64,000 nucleotides of DNA from Eledone cirrhosa (lineage: Eukaryota): the NCBI GenBank assembly GCA_964016885.1, contig OZ024744.1, positions 64,914,001-64,978,000 of the forward strand, given 5' to 3'. Below, one piece after another: positions 12,401 through 22,749 of this stretch. Positions within the stretch are counted from its first letter, which is position 1. Every line of letters begins with the position of its first letter. A program made the translations under genes and the position numbers. The notes beneath the pieces are model-generated. The model was given only the letters and a program-made list of their open reading frames with translations. It was not told the origin of the DNA and ran no database searches.

Positions 12401-13548
12401 AAGTAGCAGCAAGTGCCCACAAAATACTAGCTCCTTCAACTGCGCAGAGGGTTCTATAGAAATAGTGGACAGCTTCCGTTATCTGGGTGACAAAATCAGC
12501 AGTGGGGGAGGGTGCTCTGAAAGTACAGTAGCTAGAGTCAGAACTGGATGGAAAAAGTTCAGAGAGCTTATACCACTATTAGCCGCTAGAGGGTTCTCCC
12601 TAAAAATGAAAGGCAGGTTATACGATGCCTGCATACGAACTGCAATGCTGCATGGCAGTGAGACCTGGGCATTGTGTGCAGAGGATATACGCAGACTAGA
12701 GAGGAACGAAGCTTGCATGCTCCGCTGGATGTGCAATAGTAATATACGTGAACGGCAAAGCATAAACGAACTAAGGAAAAAATTAGAAATAAGAGGGATC
12801 AGATGTTGTTTACTCGAGAGAAGGCTACGTTGGTACGGTCACGTGATGCGCATGAAAGACGACAGCTGTATAACAAAGTGCAGGGCAATAAAGATAGACG
12901 GTAGCCACGGAGTAGGCAGACCCAGAAAAACATGGGACGAGCTGATAAATTCCGACCTCACACGCTTACACCTCTCCAAGACAATGTCACTGGACCGAGA
13001 CCTTTGGCGGTACTCAGTAATAGAGAAGACCCGCCTTACCTAAATACAAAGTAAAAACCTACTACAGTCAGTAGGCACCTCTATCAAAACACACCCCCGT
13101 CCCACCACCTCCACCCCACCCACACCGCCCCTTTCAATGTAAAGTTATGTTGGTCCCACAACATCCAGGCCGAAACAAATGAGATCGTGTAGGTGTCACG
13201 ACAAAAAACACACAGTCCACGCTGTAAATGTGGCCGTGTAGGCAACACGGTAAAAACCTCCCAGCCCCACACTGTAAATGTGGTTGGTGTTAGGAAGGGC
13301 ATCCAGCTGTAGAAAACCCGCCAGACAGTCCACGCTGTAATGTGGCCGTGTAGGCAACACGGTAAAAACCTCCCAGCCCCACACTGTAAATGTGGTTGGT
13401 GTTAGGAAGGGCATCCAACTGTAGAAAACCCGCCAGACAGTCCTATGCGAGCAAGACAACCACTCTTGCCTCAAGTGGGAAAACCCCCGTCCAAACCCAT
13501 GCAAGCGTGGAACACGGACGCTAAACCTGATGATGATGATGATGATGA
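9458..13548 (+). mobile_element. Near full-length RTE-clade LINE (copy A)
   Basis: Single long APE-RT frame, 3' UTR and (TGA)n tail, flanked by (TA)n. The 5' boundary is inferred; homology with copy C starts at about 9794. Confidence 0.93.
9797..13043 (+). pseudogene. RTE ORF: APE endonuclease, reverse transcriptase, PHD-like finger; one nonsense codon
   Basis: NVGTL, IQETRW, GDLNGH, VDYIL (APE); YRGIKL, QFGF, FVDLEKAFD, GVHQGSVLSP, LLYADD (RT); LRWYGH. TGG>TGA at 12075-12077. Frameshift relative to copy C in the poly-C run near 9960. Confidence 0.93.
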
Positions 13549-13596
13549 TATTATATTATATATATATATATAATATAATATCATCATCATCATCAT

Positions 13597-13756
13597 CTGA
13601 CGCTATGCTTTGCAGCAAAGAGTTACGCCCCTTTATGGTTTGAGTTCAAATCCCGCCGAGGTTAACTTTGCCTTTCATCCTTACGGGGTCGATAAAATAA
13701 AGTACCAGTAATGCACTGGATAATTGCTGGCCTTGTGCCAAAAGTAGAAACAATTA
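13597..13756 (+). mobile_element. SINE family 2, 5'-truncated
   Basis: GAGTTCAAATCCC B box, core and tail as at 9341. Confidence 0.85.
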
Positions 13757-13812
13757 TATATATATATATATATAGAACTTGAACCGATAAGGTTCGGTTT
13801 ACCGATTATATC

Positions 13813-13919
13813 ACTATTTATAAAATAAATTTTGTATTTTATCTGATGAGAGCGTACCAAAGTTTTTTTGGTACCCTTGAAATATATATAATAAATAAAT
13901 ATGGTTTTATAAATATAGT
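13813..13919 (+). ncRNA. Type I hammerhead ribozyme motif (HH3)
   Basis: TTTAT-CTGATGA(13843)-GAGCGTACCAAA/GTTTT/TTTGGTACCCTT-GAAA(13879)-TATATA-TA-ATAAA; distal pairing TATTTATAAAA with TTTTATAAATA. Confidence 0.8.
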
Positions 13920-14217
13920 TTCCATTTATTAATATTATTAATATCATTGATATTATACTCCAGGAAACTTGTAGAGTGCTTCAAATCTGTTATAATAAAT
14001 AAATTTGTTGAATTACCAGCAAATTAAATATCTCTTTGCTTATATATATATATATTATATTATATGTAGGAAGTGAGTATTATTGTAGCACAATAAAGCA
14101 ATGCAAATATCAGATAAGTAGCACTCTACAGTTTGTAGGACTGGAGTATAAATAATATAAGATCAAAAGATGGTTAAAAGAATTCCAAGTATTTTTAACC
14201 TTCATATCATGTATCCC

Positions 14218-14288
14218 TATTTTATCTGATGAAAACGCAGATATCATCTCATGATGATATTTGTTTTTGAAATGCGCATAATAAAATA
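14218..14288 (+). ncRNA. Type I hammerhead ribozyme motif (HH4)
   Basis: TATTTTAT-CTGATGA(14226)-AAACGCAGATATCATC/TCAT/GATGATATTTGTTTTT-GAAA(14269)-TGCGCA-TA-ATAAAATA: 8-bp stem I, 16-bp stem II with one mismatch, palindromic stem III. Confidence 0.82.
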
Positions 14289-14542
14289 CTTGGAACTCTT
14301 TTAACCATCTTTTGATCTTATATTATATTATATTATATATATATATATTATATTATATATATATATATAATATTATATATATATATATTATATATAAAAA
14401 TGACTTCTATAGGACTAAACTGTTTCATTTATAGGAAATCAGCATATGTATAATAAAGATGCCTATACTCTACCAATATATTGAGTACCTTTTTTAAACT
14501 GTGATTACCCCCAAACACGACTTGGAAATCTACATATTATAT

Positions 14543-15070
14543 CATCATCATCATTTTATGTCCGCTTTTCCCTGCTCACAAGGGTGGGACGGGTCCTATT
14601 CAGCACAGCATCTCTCCATTCGTGACAGTCCTTTGTTATCTCCTCCATGAGCTTCAGCGATCTGAGGTCAGCTCTCACCAGCTCTGCCCATGTTTTTTGT
14701 GGTCTTCCTCCCACATGTCCATACCAACGCAGTCTTCTCTCTCGCACACTACAGCCTATCCCTCTTATACACAGTTTCTCTCTCAACTCGTCTATGCTTC
14801 GTCATTCATGCACATCGACATTGCACATCCAATGGAGCATGCTTGTTTCATTTCTCTCCAGCCGTCGCATATCCTCCACAGTTGCTTCCCATGTCTCACT
14901 ACCATGCAGCATTGCACATCTCACACAACCATCATATAACTGGCCTTTCATTCGTAGGAGGAACCCTTCTTTGTGAACAGAGGAAGCAGCTCCCTAAACT
15001 TCTTCCAACCCGTCCTTATTCTAGATACTATGGCCTCAGAGTACCCTCCTCCCTTACTAATCTGATCAAG
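14543..15070 (-). pseudogene. Old RTE 3' fragment
   Basis: RIRTGWKKFRELLPL, RERRLRWYGH and GRPQKTW translations; (TGA)n tail. Confidence 0.85.
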
Positions 15071-15208
15071 TAAGTATGTTTTGAACCAGCGAGCAGGGTT
15101 GAAAATAGAAATAGAAGCTTTTGTTGTATTTTTGACTAAAGAAATTTTAGCCTGACAGTGAGGTTTAGAACGCTCTAAGAAATGGAAAAAGATGAGTATT
15201 GACATACA

Positions 15209-15260
15209 TGGGAGTCGAACCCACATCTCTGGTTATCCAGACCACTGTGCTACCATTACA
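15209..15260 (-). mobile_element. tRNA-like SINE head fragment
   Basis: Minus strand TGTAATGGTAGCAC...GTGGGTTCGACTCCC has A/B-box spacing but no complete cloverleaf. Confidence 0.45.
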
Positions 15261-16056
15261 CATATTTTATTCAAACAAAACTTCAAAGTCACATTGCATT
15301 TCGTTCAAATGAAATATTCAGACTCAACATCTTTTATCAGTTTGTGTTACTTGTTGTTTTTAAGGTTTCTTATAAACACACATTCCAAATATATATATAT
15401 ATATATACGTGTGTGTGTTGTTTGTGTGTTGTTTGTGTGTGTATGTGTGTGTGTGGATGTATGACACCGTTGATGATATATTTCCATCCTTCAAGAACAT
15501 TATTTTGTACCAAAGTTAAACAATATTATCGTAATATTCTGAGAAAGTCATTTAATACAACGTAGTGTGCTTCAAAATCTCACATTAATTGAGACTTGAA
15601 GTAATTTCTTTGACAATTTTTATTTGTAAATTTGTTTTAAATATTTTATATGTTATTTATTTTATCAAAAGTGATTCATTTGGCACCAAAATTGAACAAC
15701 CTACTTTGAATAAATCACAAGACTTTAGCTCATATGTCTATGACCTCTTGTGGAGATCAGTGATACCGGAAGAGTGTAACGAAATTTTTCTTCCCCAGCT
15801 AATATGCCCAATCCTGAACTATTAAATATTCCATCAGATATACTGCAGTTGAAATAAAACAACTAGAAATTTAATGGAAAAAAAAACAAAACTGTTATAA
15901 TGTTATAATGCAGTGTGTCAATGAAATTGCTTACAAAAAGCAAAAAAACAAAAAATGGAATTGCTTACTAAAAAACTAAAAAATAGCAGACTATATATTG
16001 GAAATATTCCTGTTGATAAACACCTCTTACTTTACAGCACTGATTGTTTTACCATT

Positions 16057-16580
16057 TTATATGTGGTCTTTATTGTATTTGTTTAACATTGATAATTGTA
16101 GGATAAGTGAACAGGCTTGAGCAGGCTTGGGCAAAGTGGGATAATAGGCCTTAAATGTGGTCTTTATTGTGTTTGTTTAACCCTTTACCATTTACATTAC
16201 TCTATATATACTATTATATTTTCATGGTAAAGGCTTTACCTTACATAATTATCTCACATAATATTGAATCTGAGATTTTGATATTATTTATTTTGAGAAC
16301 AATACCATAACATCAGTGTGAGCAGCCAGTTACAGCCAGTTTGAACAGAAAGAAGTGCGATGATTCTGGCTGGATATGGCTGGTTTTAATACTAAAGATA
16401 ATTGTAGGATAAGTGAGTAGGATAAGGGAGCAGAGTTAAGCAGGCATGGGCAAAGTGGGATAATAGGTCTTATATGTGGTCTTTATTGTATTTGTTTAAC
16501 ATAATTGTAGGATAAGTGAGCAGGGTTGAACAGGGTTGAGCAGGCTTAGGCAAAGTGGGATAATAGGCCTTATATGTGGA
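16057..16580. repeat. About 90-100 bp tandem repeat, 3 copies
   Basis: TATATGTGGTCTTTATTGTATTTGTTTAAC...GGCAAAGTGGGATAATAGGCC recurs; unit 2 is interrupted by a MITE. Confidence 0.85.
16181..16397 (+). mobile_element. piggyBac-type MITE (family A) inserted at TTAA
   Basis: Follows TTAA at 16177-16180; colinear with 42828-43047; right terminus clipped after ...TACTAAAG. Confidence 0.85.
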
Positions 16581-17417
16581 TAATGATTTTTGTAAATCCC
16601 TCAAAATTATTAATTAATTAATTAAAGTAGAATATTTTTTCATAAGAAATGCAGTCGTAAAGGGGTTAAGGTCTTGTTGGATCACAAATAGATCTTCATT
16701 TGTTTTGGTTTTCAGTATTATTTTAATCTCATCTGTAAAACTGCAATAACTGACAACATGATGATCAACATTCATCAACATTTGTTTGTGTCAATTTTTC
16801 TGTGCTTGCATGGGTTGGACGGGTCCTTTCAAGTATAGCCTGCCTCGACTCACTACATTCCTTCATCCTCTCCTCTGTAAAGTTCAGTGTTTTTCTCAAG
16901 TAACAGAAACAATCCATGAATGCATGCCTGTTTCAAGTATATATATATGAGGCCCCTTGGCAAAGCAATATACTGAAACTTTGCAGCATCTCATTACAGA
17001 AAATTGCTTTATAATTGAGAGGAAGTCTTTGTTATTTACCGATGTCACTTTCAATGCAGATAAGAGCAAACAGATTCAACTACTGCTGTTCTATTGTGTT
17101 GCAAAGATGATTCAACATAGAAATAGAAAATGAACATGCCCTGTCACCAGCATGTACATAAATATTTGAAATGTAATTTCAATATGGGAAACATAGATTT
17201 CAATTTATCTGAAATGATTTTTCTCTACATGTCTGGAAGAGTTTTCATTCTTCATTGTAGACAATGTAGTGCTTGAGTTTCATATATTCCTTGAGCAATT
17301 TAATATAATTAGAGAATTACAGCATATAAGAACCATTTTAGCCATTTAAAAATAAACAAAAACCATTAACTTTACTTTATAAATAAATAGATATATATAT
17401 ATATACTCGTATATATA

Positions 17418-17757
17418 GGTGTCACAACAAAAAGTTCCCAGGCCATGCTGTAAAGTGGCCGTGTATGAGTCACAATAAAAAACACCCAGCCCACAATGTA
17501 AAGTGGTTGCGTAGGTATGACAATAAAAAACACCAAGCCCAAACTGTAAAGTGGTGGTGTAGGTATCTCAACAAAAAAACACCCAGTACACACTAAATGT
17601 TGATGGCATTAGGAAGGGCATCCAGCCATAGAAACCAAGCCAAAATCAGTTCTGTGTAAGCAAAACATGATCCTCCGACCTGGCTTGACACAAATGGGGC
17701 AACTCATTTAACTCATATTAGCATGGAAAATGGACATTAAACCGTGATGATGATGAT
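17418..17757 (+). mobile_element. Old RTE-type 3' UTR
   Basis: About 45-bp subrepeats, TTAGGAAGGGCATCCAGCC, (GAT)n tail. Confidence 0.75.
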
Positions 17758-17802
17758 AATATATATATATATCATCATCATCATCATCTTTATATATATA
17801 TA

Positions 17803-18373
17803 TCATCATCATCATCATCATCAACGTTTAACGTCCGTGTTCCACGCTTGCATGGGTTTGGACGGGGGTAGTCCCACTTGAGGCAAGAGTGATTGTCTTG
17901 CTCGCATAGGACTGTCTGGCAGGTTTTCTACAGTTGGATGCCCTTCCTAACACCAACCACATTTACAGTGTGGGTCTGGGAGGTTTTTACCGTGTTGCCT
18001 ACACGGCCACATTACAGCGTGGACTGTCTGGCAGGTTTTCTACAGTTGGATGCCCTTCCTAACACCAACCACATTTACAGTGTGGGTCTGGGAGGTTTTT
18101 ACCGTGTTGCCTACACGGCCACATTACAGCGTGGACTGTGTGTTTTTTTGTCGTGACACCTACACGATCTCATTTGTTTCGGCCTGGATGGTGTGGCACC
18201 AACATAACTTTACATAGAACGGGGTGGCGTGGATAGGTGGGGGTGGTGGGACGGGGGGGGGGGGGGTATTTTGTTAGAGATGCCTACTGGCTGTAGTAGG
18301 TTTTACTATGTATTTAGTTAAGGCGGGTCTTCTCTGTTACTGAGTACCGCCAAAGGTCTCGGTCCAGTGACAT
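17803..18373 (-). mobile_element. Young RTE 3' fragment (copy D) with 112-bp internal duplication
   Basis: Reverse complement of the copy A 3' end. Confidence 0.9.
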
Positions 18374-18473
18374 TTATAGCAGTGACATTTATATATATAT
18401 AAATAAATAAATATACTTTGTTTTTGAATTTGTTTTGCAAGATTTCTTATCTGAAAATGTGTGTTGAAACAGA

Positions 18474-18805
18474 TATTGTTATACTTTGGAAGGGTCATGT
18501 TGCCATTAAAAACAGATGCACCTGTTGGTTGATTGGTTCAATAACTTGATGGTTGTTTATATATTGTCAAAGCACTTTTGTCACTCATTCTGTGACCTCC
18601 TCAGTGACTGATTTCTTATTTTGTGTCTCTCCTTTGTTCTATCCTATACCATCTTGTTTTCATGTGTTGTGTGGTGTGACACAGATAAATAAACAACCAT
18701 CCAATTATTGAACCAACCAACCGGAAATTTGTAATAAATTGAAGTGAAAACCAACTGGCGCATGTGTTTTTATTGGCAGCATGACCCTCCCAAAGTATAA
18801 CAATA
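18474..18805 (-). mobile_element. Inverted-repeat element enclosing a decayed hammerhead (HH5, 18566-18608)
   Basis: Arms at about 18474-18569 and 18677-18805 are imperfect reverse complements. Minus strand reads GTCA-CTGAGGA-GGTCAC/AGAATGA/GTGAC-AAAA-GTGC-TT-TGAC (GAAA damaged). Confidence 0.6.
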
Positions 18806-18825
18806 AATAAATAAATATATATAAA

Positions 18826-19112
18826 TCATCATCATCATTTAACATCTAACTTCCACGCTAGCATAGCTTAGATGGGTTTGTCCCATTTAGAAGCAAGTTG
18901 GGTCAGGTAACCATGCCTCACTCATATAGGACTGTTTCTGGCTGGTTTTCTACAGCTGGATGCCCTTCCTAACACCAACCACATTTACAGTGTGGACTGG
19001 GTGCTTTTTGCCGTGTCTCCTACACAACCACTTTACAGTGTGGACTGGGTGCTTTTTGCCGTGTCTCCTACACAACCACTTTACAGTGTGGACTGGGTGC
19101 TTTTTATTGCGA
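18826..19112 (-). mobile_element. RTE-type 3' UTR fragment with 47-bp tandem subrepeats
   Basis: (CAT)n, CTACAGCTGGATGCCCTTCCTAA, and TTTACAGTGTGGACTGGGTGCTTTTT three times. Confidence 0.8.
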
Positions 19113-19121
19113 CAGTCTCAC

Positions 19122-19220
19122 ATCGCCAGTCTGAAGAGCAGATTGATAAAGGAGTCGGGTTCATGACTCCTATGGATGACCCTGAACCAATCCTCTGTGA
19201 AACGTGTGTAACAGATCGAT
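19122..19220 (+). ncRNA. Type I hammerhead motif with large branched stem II (HH6)
   Basis: GT-CTGAAGA(19131)-GCAGA...AGGAGTC/GGGTTCAT/GACTCCT...TCTGT-GAAA(19199)-CGTGTG-TA-AC. Stem I is imperfect. Confidence 0.6.
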
Positions 19221-19393
19221 ACACAATAAAAATCTAATACATGTAAATGAAACTTCATCGTTTATATATATATAAATATATATCAATCCCTTTGTTGAAC
19301 CACTACAGGATATAAACACAAAAGCAGATACAAACCTAAACGCAGACATGGATACATATACATACAAATATACATGTATGTGTGCATGTGTAT

Positions 19394-19395
<2 letters not shown>

Positions 19396-19430
<35 letters not shown>

Positions 19431-21340
19431 CCACCACCATTTAATGTCTATTTTTCCATGCTTGCATGGATTAGATGGGTTGTCACATTATGAGACAGGT
19501 CTGGTGAAGTGATCCACATCCTGCTCATATGGATTTCTATCATGGCTTGGTTTCTACAGCTGGGTAGAACAATGTAGAACATATTAAAATGTGGACTGAA
19601 TGATTTTTATCAAGGCTCCAAAACAACTATCTAACAGGGTGAATTAAGTGCTTTTTTCTCATGTCATCAACATGACCATCTTACAAGACCAACTGGGTGT
19701 TTTTGCTGTCAGATCAGCATACAGGGTGGAAATAGTGCTTTTTGTTGTGACAACTTCATTGCGAGAGATCAGATATTGAGTGCGCCTAGCTTTCATGCTT
19801 GTATTCATGAGTTAGGCATGTAGGGTGAGGGTTTGGAGAGGCAGGACAAGTAAGCAGGTTAGACGTCAATGAGGTGCATGGGATATTTAGCTGGTGAGAG
19901 TGAATGGGGAGGGGTAAAGAGAAGATTGGTGCAGACTAGTGTCCTCTATATGTTTGTTTTATCTCTGGACACGGGAAGGGGGATTTTCTGAACTGCAGCA
20001 TGACTCCAGAGATCTTGATCCGGTGTCATCTCTTTTGTGAGGTTTAATTGGATAAGGTTAGCTTTTATCACTTCATCTCAAACTTTCCTAGGTCTTCCTT
20101 CCTCTTCCATAGTTTCCATTGACTTTGAGCACCCTGCACTTTTATATGCAGCTGTCATCTTCCATACGCATCACATATTCTACCTCTCTAATGTGAAGTT
20201 TTTTGCTCAGTCTATTGATGCTTTGTTCATGCACATTACTATTACACATCCATCAGAGCATGTAATCTTCATTTCTTTCCAATCTTCGTAGGTTCTGCAC
20301 AAAGTGCCCTGGTCTCACTTCCATGCAACATTGCTCTCCATACACACATCATATAATCTGCCTTTCACTTTGAGGGAAAAATCATTTGTGGTTAGCAGTG
20401 GTAGTATCTCCCTGAACTTTTTCCATCCAGTTCTCACTCAGGCTCCTGTACTTTCAGAACACCTACTGCCATTGCTAATTTGGTCACCCAGGTAAATTCC
20501 TCACTATAATCATTATTAATTCTAACCTTTCTGACTGCTCCTCTGTACAATGCTTGTAACACCTTCACAAACCATTCATCTACCCTCAGTTATCTAAGAG
20601 CCCACCAGATTATGGAATGGGGGACTCTATGAAATACTTTTTCCAGGTCAACAAATGCCAAGTAGAGGGGCTTACTTTTAGTTAAGTACTTCTCTGTCAG
20701 TTGCCTTACAAGGAAGAGGGCATCTGTGGTACTTTTACCTGGCACAAATCCGAACTGCATCTCATCTAGGTTAATTCGATCCCTAATCAGTTTGACAGTG
20801 ACTCTTTCTGCAACGTTCATGACCTGGTCCACCAGTTTGATGCCTCAGTAGTTTCCTCTGTCTAGAGTATCCCTTTTGCCCTTGTAGCAAAAATGCTACT
20901 GTTATGCCAGTCATTGGGTATGGCACCATTTTGTATAACTTGGTTTACAATTTGGATGGTTATAGTGTGTGCTACCATCCTAGATGCTTTAAACATTTTA
21001 GCAACTATTCCTGATGGCCCAGCTGCATTGCCTGTATTAATGTCCTTAATTGCCTTACTTACTATACTGCTGCTGACTTGTAGAACGGGACCCTCTGTAG
21101 GGTCCACTTAGGGCAGGCTATCTTCCTCACACAGATTCTCCTCATTCACCAGTCTCTCATAATGACACTTCCATGCTGCCTTCTTTGTGGTTTCAATAAG
21201 GGCAAGTGCACCATTGTCATCTCAGTTACACGTCTCCCCAACAACATAACTCTTTCTCCTGACACACTCCCCCATGATCCTGAACACCTTATGTCTTTGG
21301 TCCTCATGTTGCATAACATGCATAAGCTTTTTACTTTCTT
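19396..21340 (-). pseudogene. Old, internally deleted RTE LINE
   Basis: LDEMQFGFVPGKSTTDALF, AFVDLEK and AAGPSGIVA translations; 3' UTR and (TGA)n tail near 19400. Confidence 0.88.
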
Positions 21341-21361
21341 ATATATATATATATATTTATT

Positions 21362-22070
21362 ATCACCATTCTCGTCCATTATTTGCTCCCTTGCGAGGGG
21401 TGAAAGCTTTGCCAAGTCAGTGCCAATTGTTCCTATGCCACTCTCACCCTTGTAATGCCCATATACTTAGCAATCTCATGTCTTCACCTTAACCTCTGTC
21501 TTCCTAGACTATTTGAACCATTCCCCACTAAGTCCTCATTCTGTACATATCCTTGTCGATCTGTAGTCATTTATTCATGCCACATGCTCTACTTACTTTC
21601 ATTTTCTCCTCTTAATACCTTTCATAGATCCTTATATTTTTTTGTTTTCTGATCCATTGACAAGTTTTTTCAGTAATTCCTAATATGCATCTTTCCATAT
21701 TTCTTTGTGTTATTCCAAGCCTCTGTTCCATATTTTTAATTATAAACTATGTATCTATTCCAGATGTCATCGCTGGAATGATACACTGGTATCAAACACT
21801 CTGTACTTTAAGCATAGTGGCATCTTACTCTTCATGTCATTTCATCTACCAAAATAACATCATCTATCTTGGATTCACCATTTTACTTCCTCTACATAAC
21901 TGTATTCCATGTTTACCAAATATATTTGCCAGTTGTTGTTATAGTCTCATAGTTGAATTTTATGACTTTGCTTACTGCATGGCTATTGAACATGACTTGT
22001 GTTTTCTTTATATTTATTTTTAGTTCCATCTTGTATTCACTGTTAAGTTTATTTAACATTATTTCGGAAT
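21362..22070 (-). pseudogene. Highly degenerate LINE fragment (tentative)
   Basis: Reverse strand resembles decayed RT/C-terminal coding sequence; no clear motif recovered. Confidence 0.3.
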
Positions 22071-22074
22071 AATT

Positions 22075-22192
22075 CTGAGTTCAAATACCTCTGAAGTTAG
22101 CTTTGCCTTTCATCCTTACAGGGTTGATAAAATAAAGCACCAGTAATGCACTGGGGTAATTGCTGGCCTTGTACCAAAAGTAGAAACAATTA
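22075..22192 (+). mobile_element. SINE family 2, 3' part
   Basis: B box, core and tail. Confidence 0.8.
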
Positions 22193-22372
22193 TTTATATT
22201 GATCAGAGAAAACATTAAACTTATATACAAATTGTTAAGAGAATTTATTGCCAGGGTACATCATCATTAAGATTTCATGCTAGAAATGAAAAGATTGTAT
22301 ATATACATATAATAATATATATATACTATATAGGTTATATTTATATCACATATATAATATATATATGTGTGT

Positions 22373-22722
22373 GAAGGTGCATGACTTAGTGGTTAGGGCT
22401 TTGTACCTGCAATTGTGAGGTTATGAGTTTGATTCCTAGACCGGATGATGTGTTGTGTCTTTGAGCAAGACACTTTATTTCACTTTGCTCCAGTTTACTC
22501 AGCTGTAGAAATGAGTTGTGGCATCACTGGTGCCAAGCTGTATCAGCTATAGTATTTCCCATGGACAACATCGGTGGCGTGGAGAGGGGAGGTTGTTATA
22601 CATGGGTGACTGCTGGTCTTCTACAAACAACCTTGCCCAGACTTGTGCTTCAGAAGGGAAATTTCTAGGTGCAAATCCCTTGGTCATTTGTGACTGGAGG
22701 GCGTCTTTACCCTTTTTACCCA
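22373..22722 (+). mobile_element. SINE with family 1 head and core but a different 3' tail
   Basis: Head and core match 40200-40340 up to CAGCTGTAGAAATGAG; the remainder is unrelated to the RTE tail and ends in TTTACCC repeats. Confidence 0.8.
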
Positions 22723-22749
22723 TAGTGATATATATATTTATAGAACTTG

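Noticed and set aside
8893-13756. RTE 3' end plus SINE on both sides of copy A resembling a long direct repeat
   Set aside because: The two RTE ends are clearly diverged and the SINE truncation points differ; independent insertions into (TA)n explain it.
15600-17150. Possible host exons (minus strand near 15730-15843; plus-strand open stretch near 16950-17133)
   Set aside because: Short open frames with no recognisable homology and ambiguous splice sites; insufficient support.
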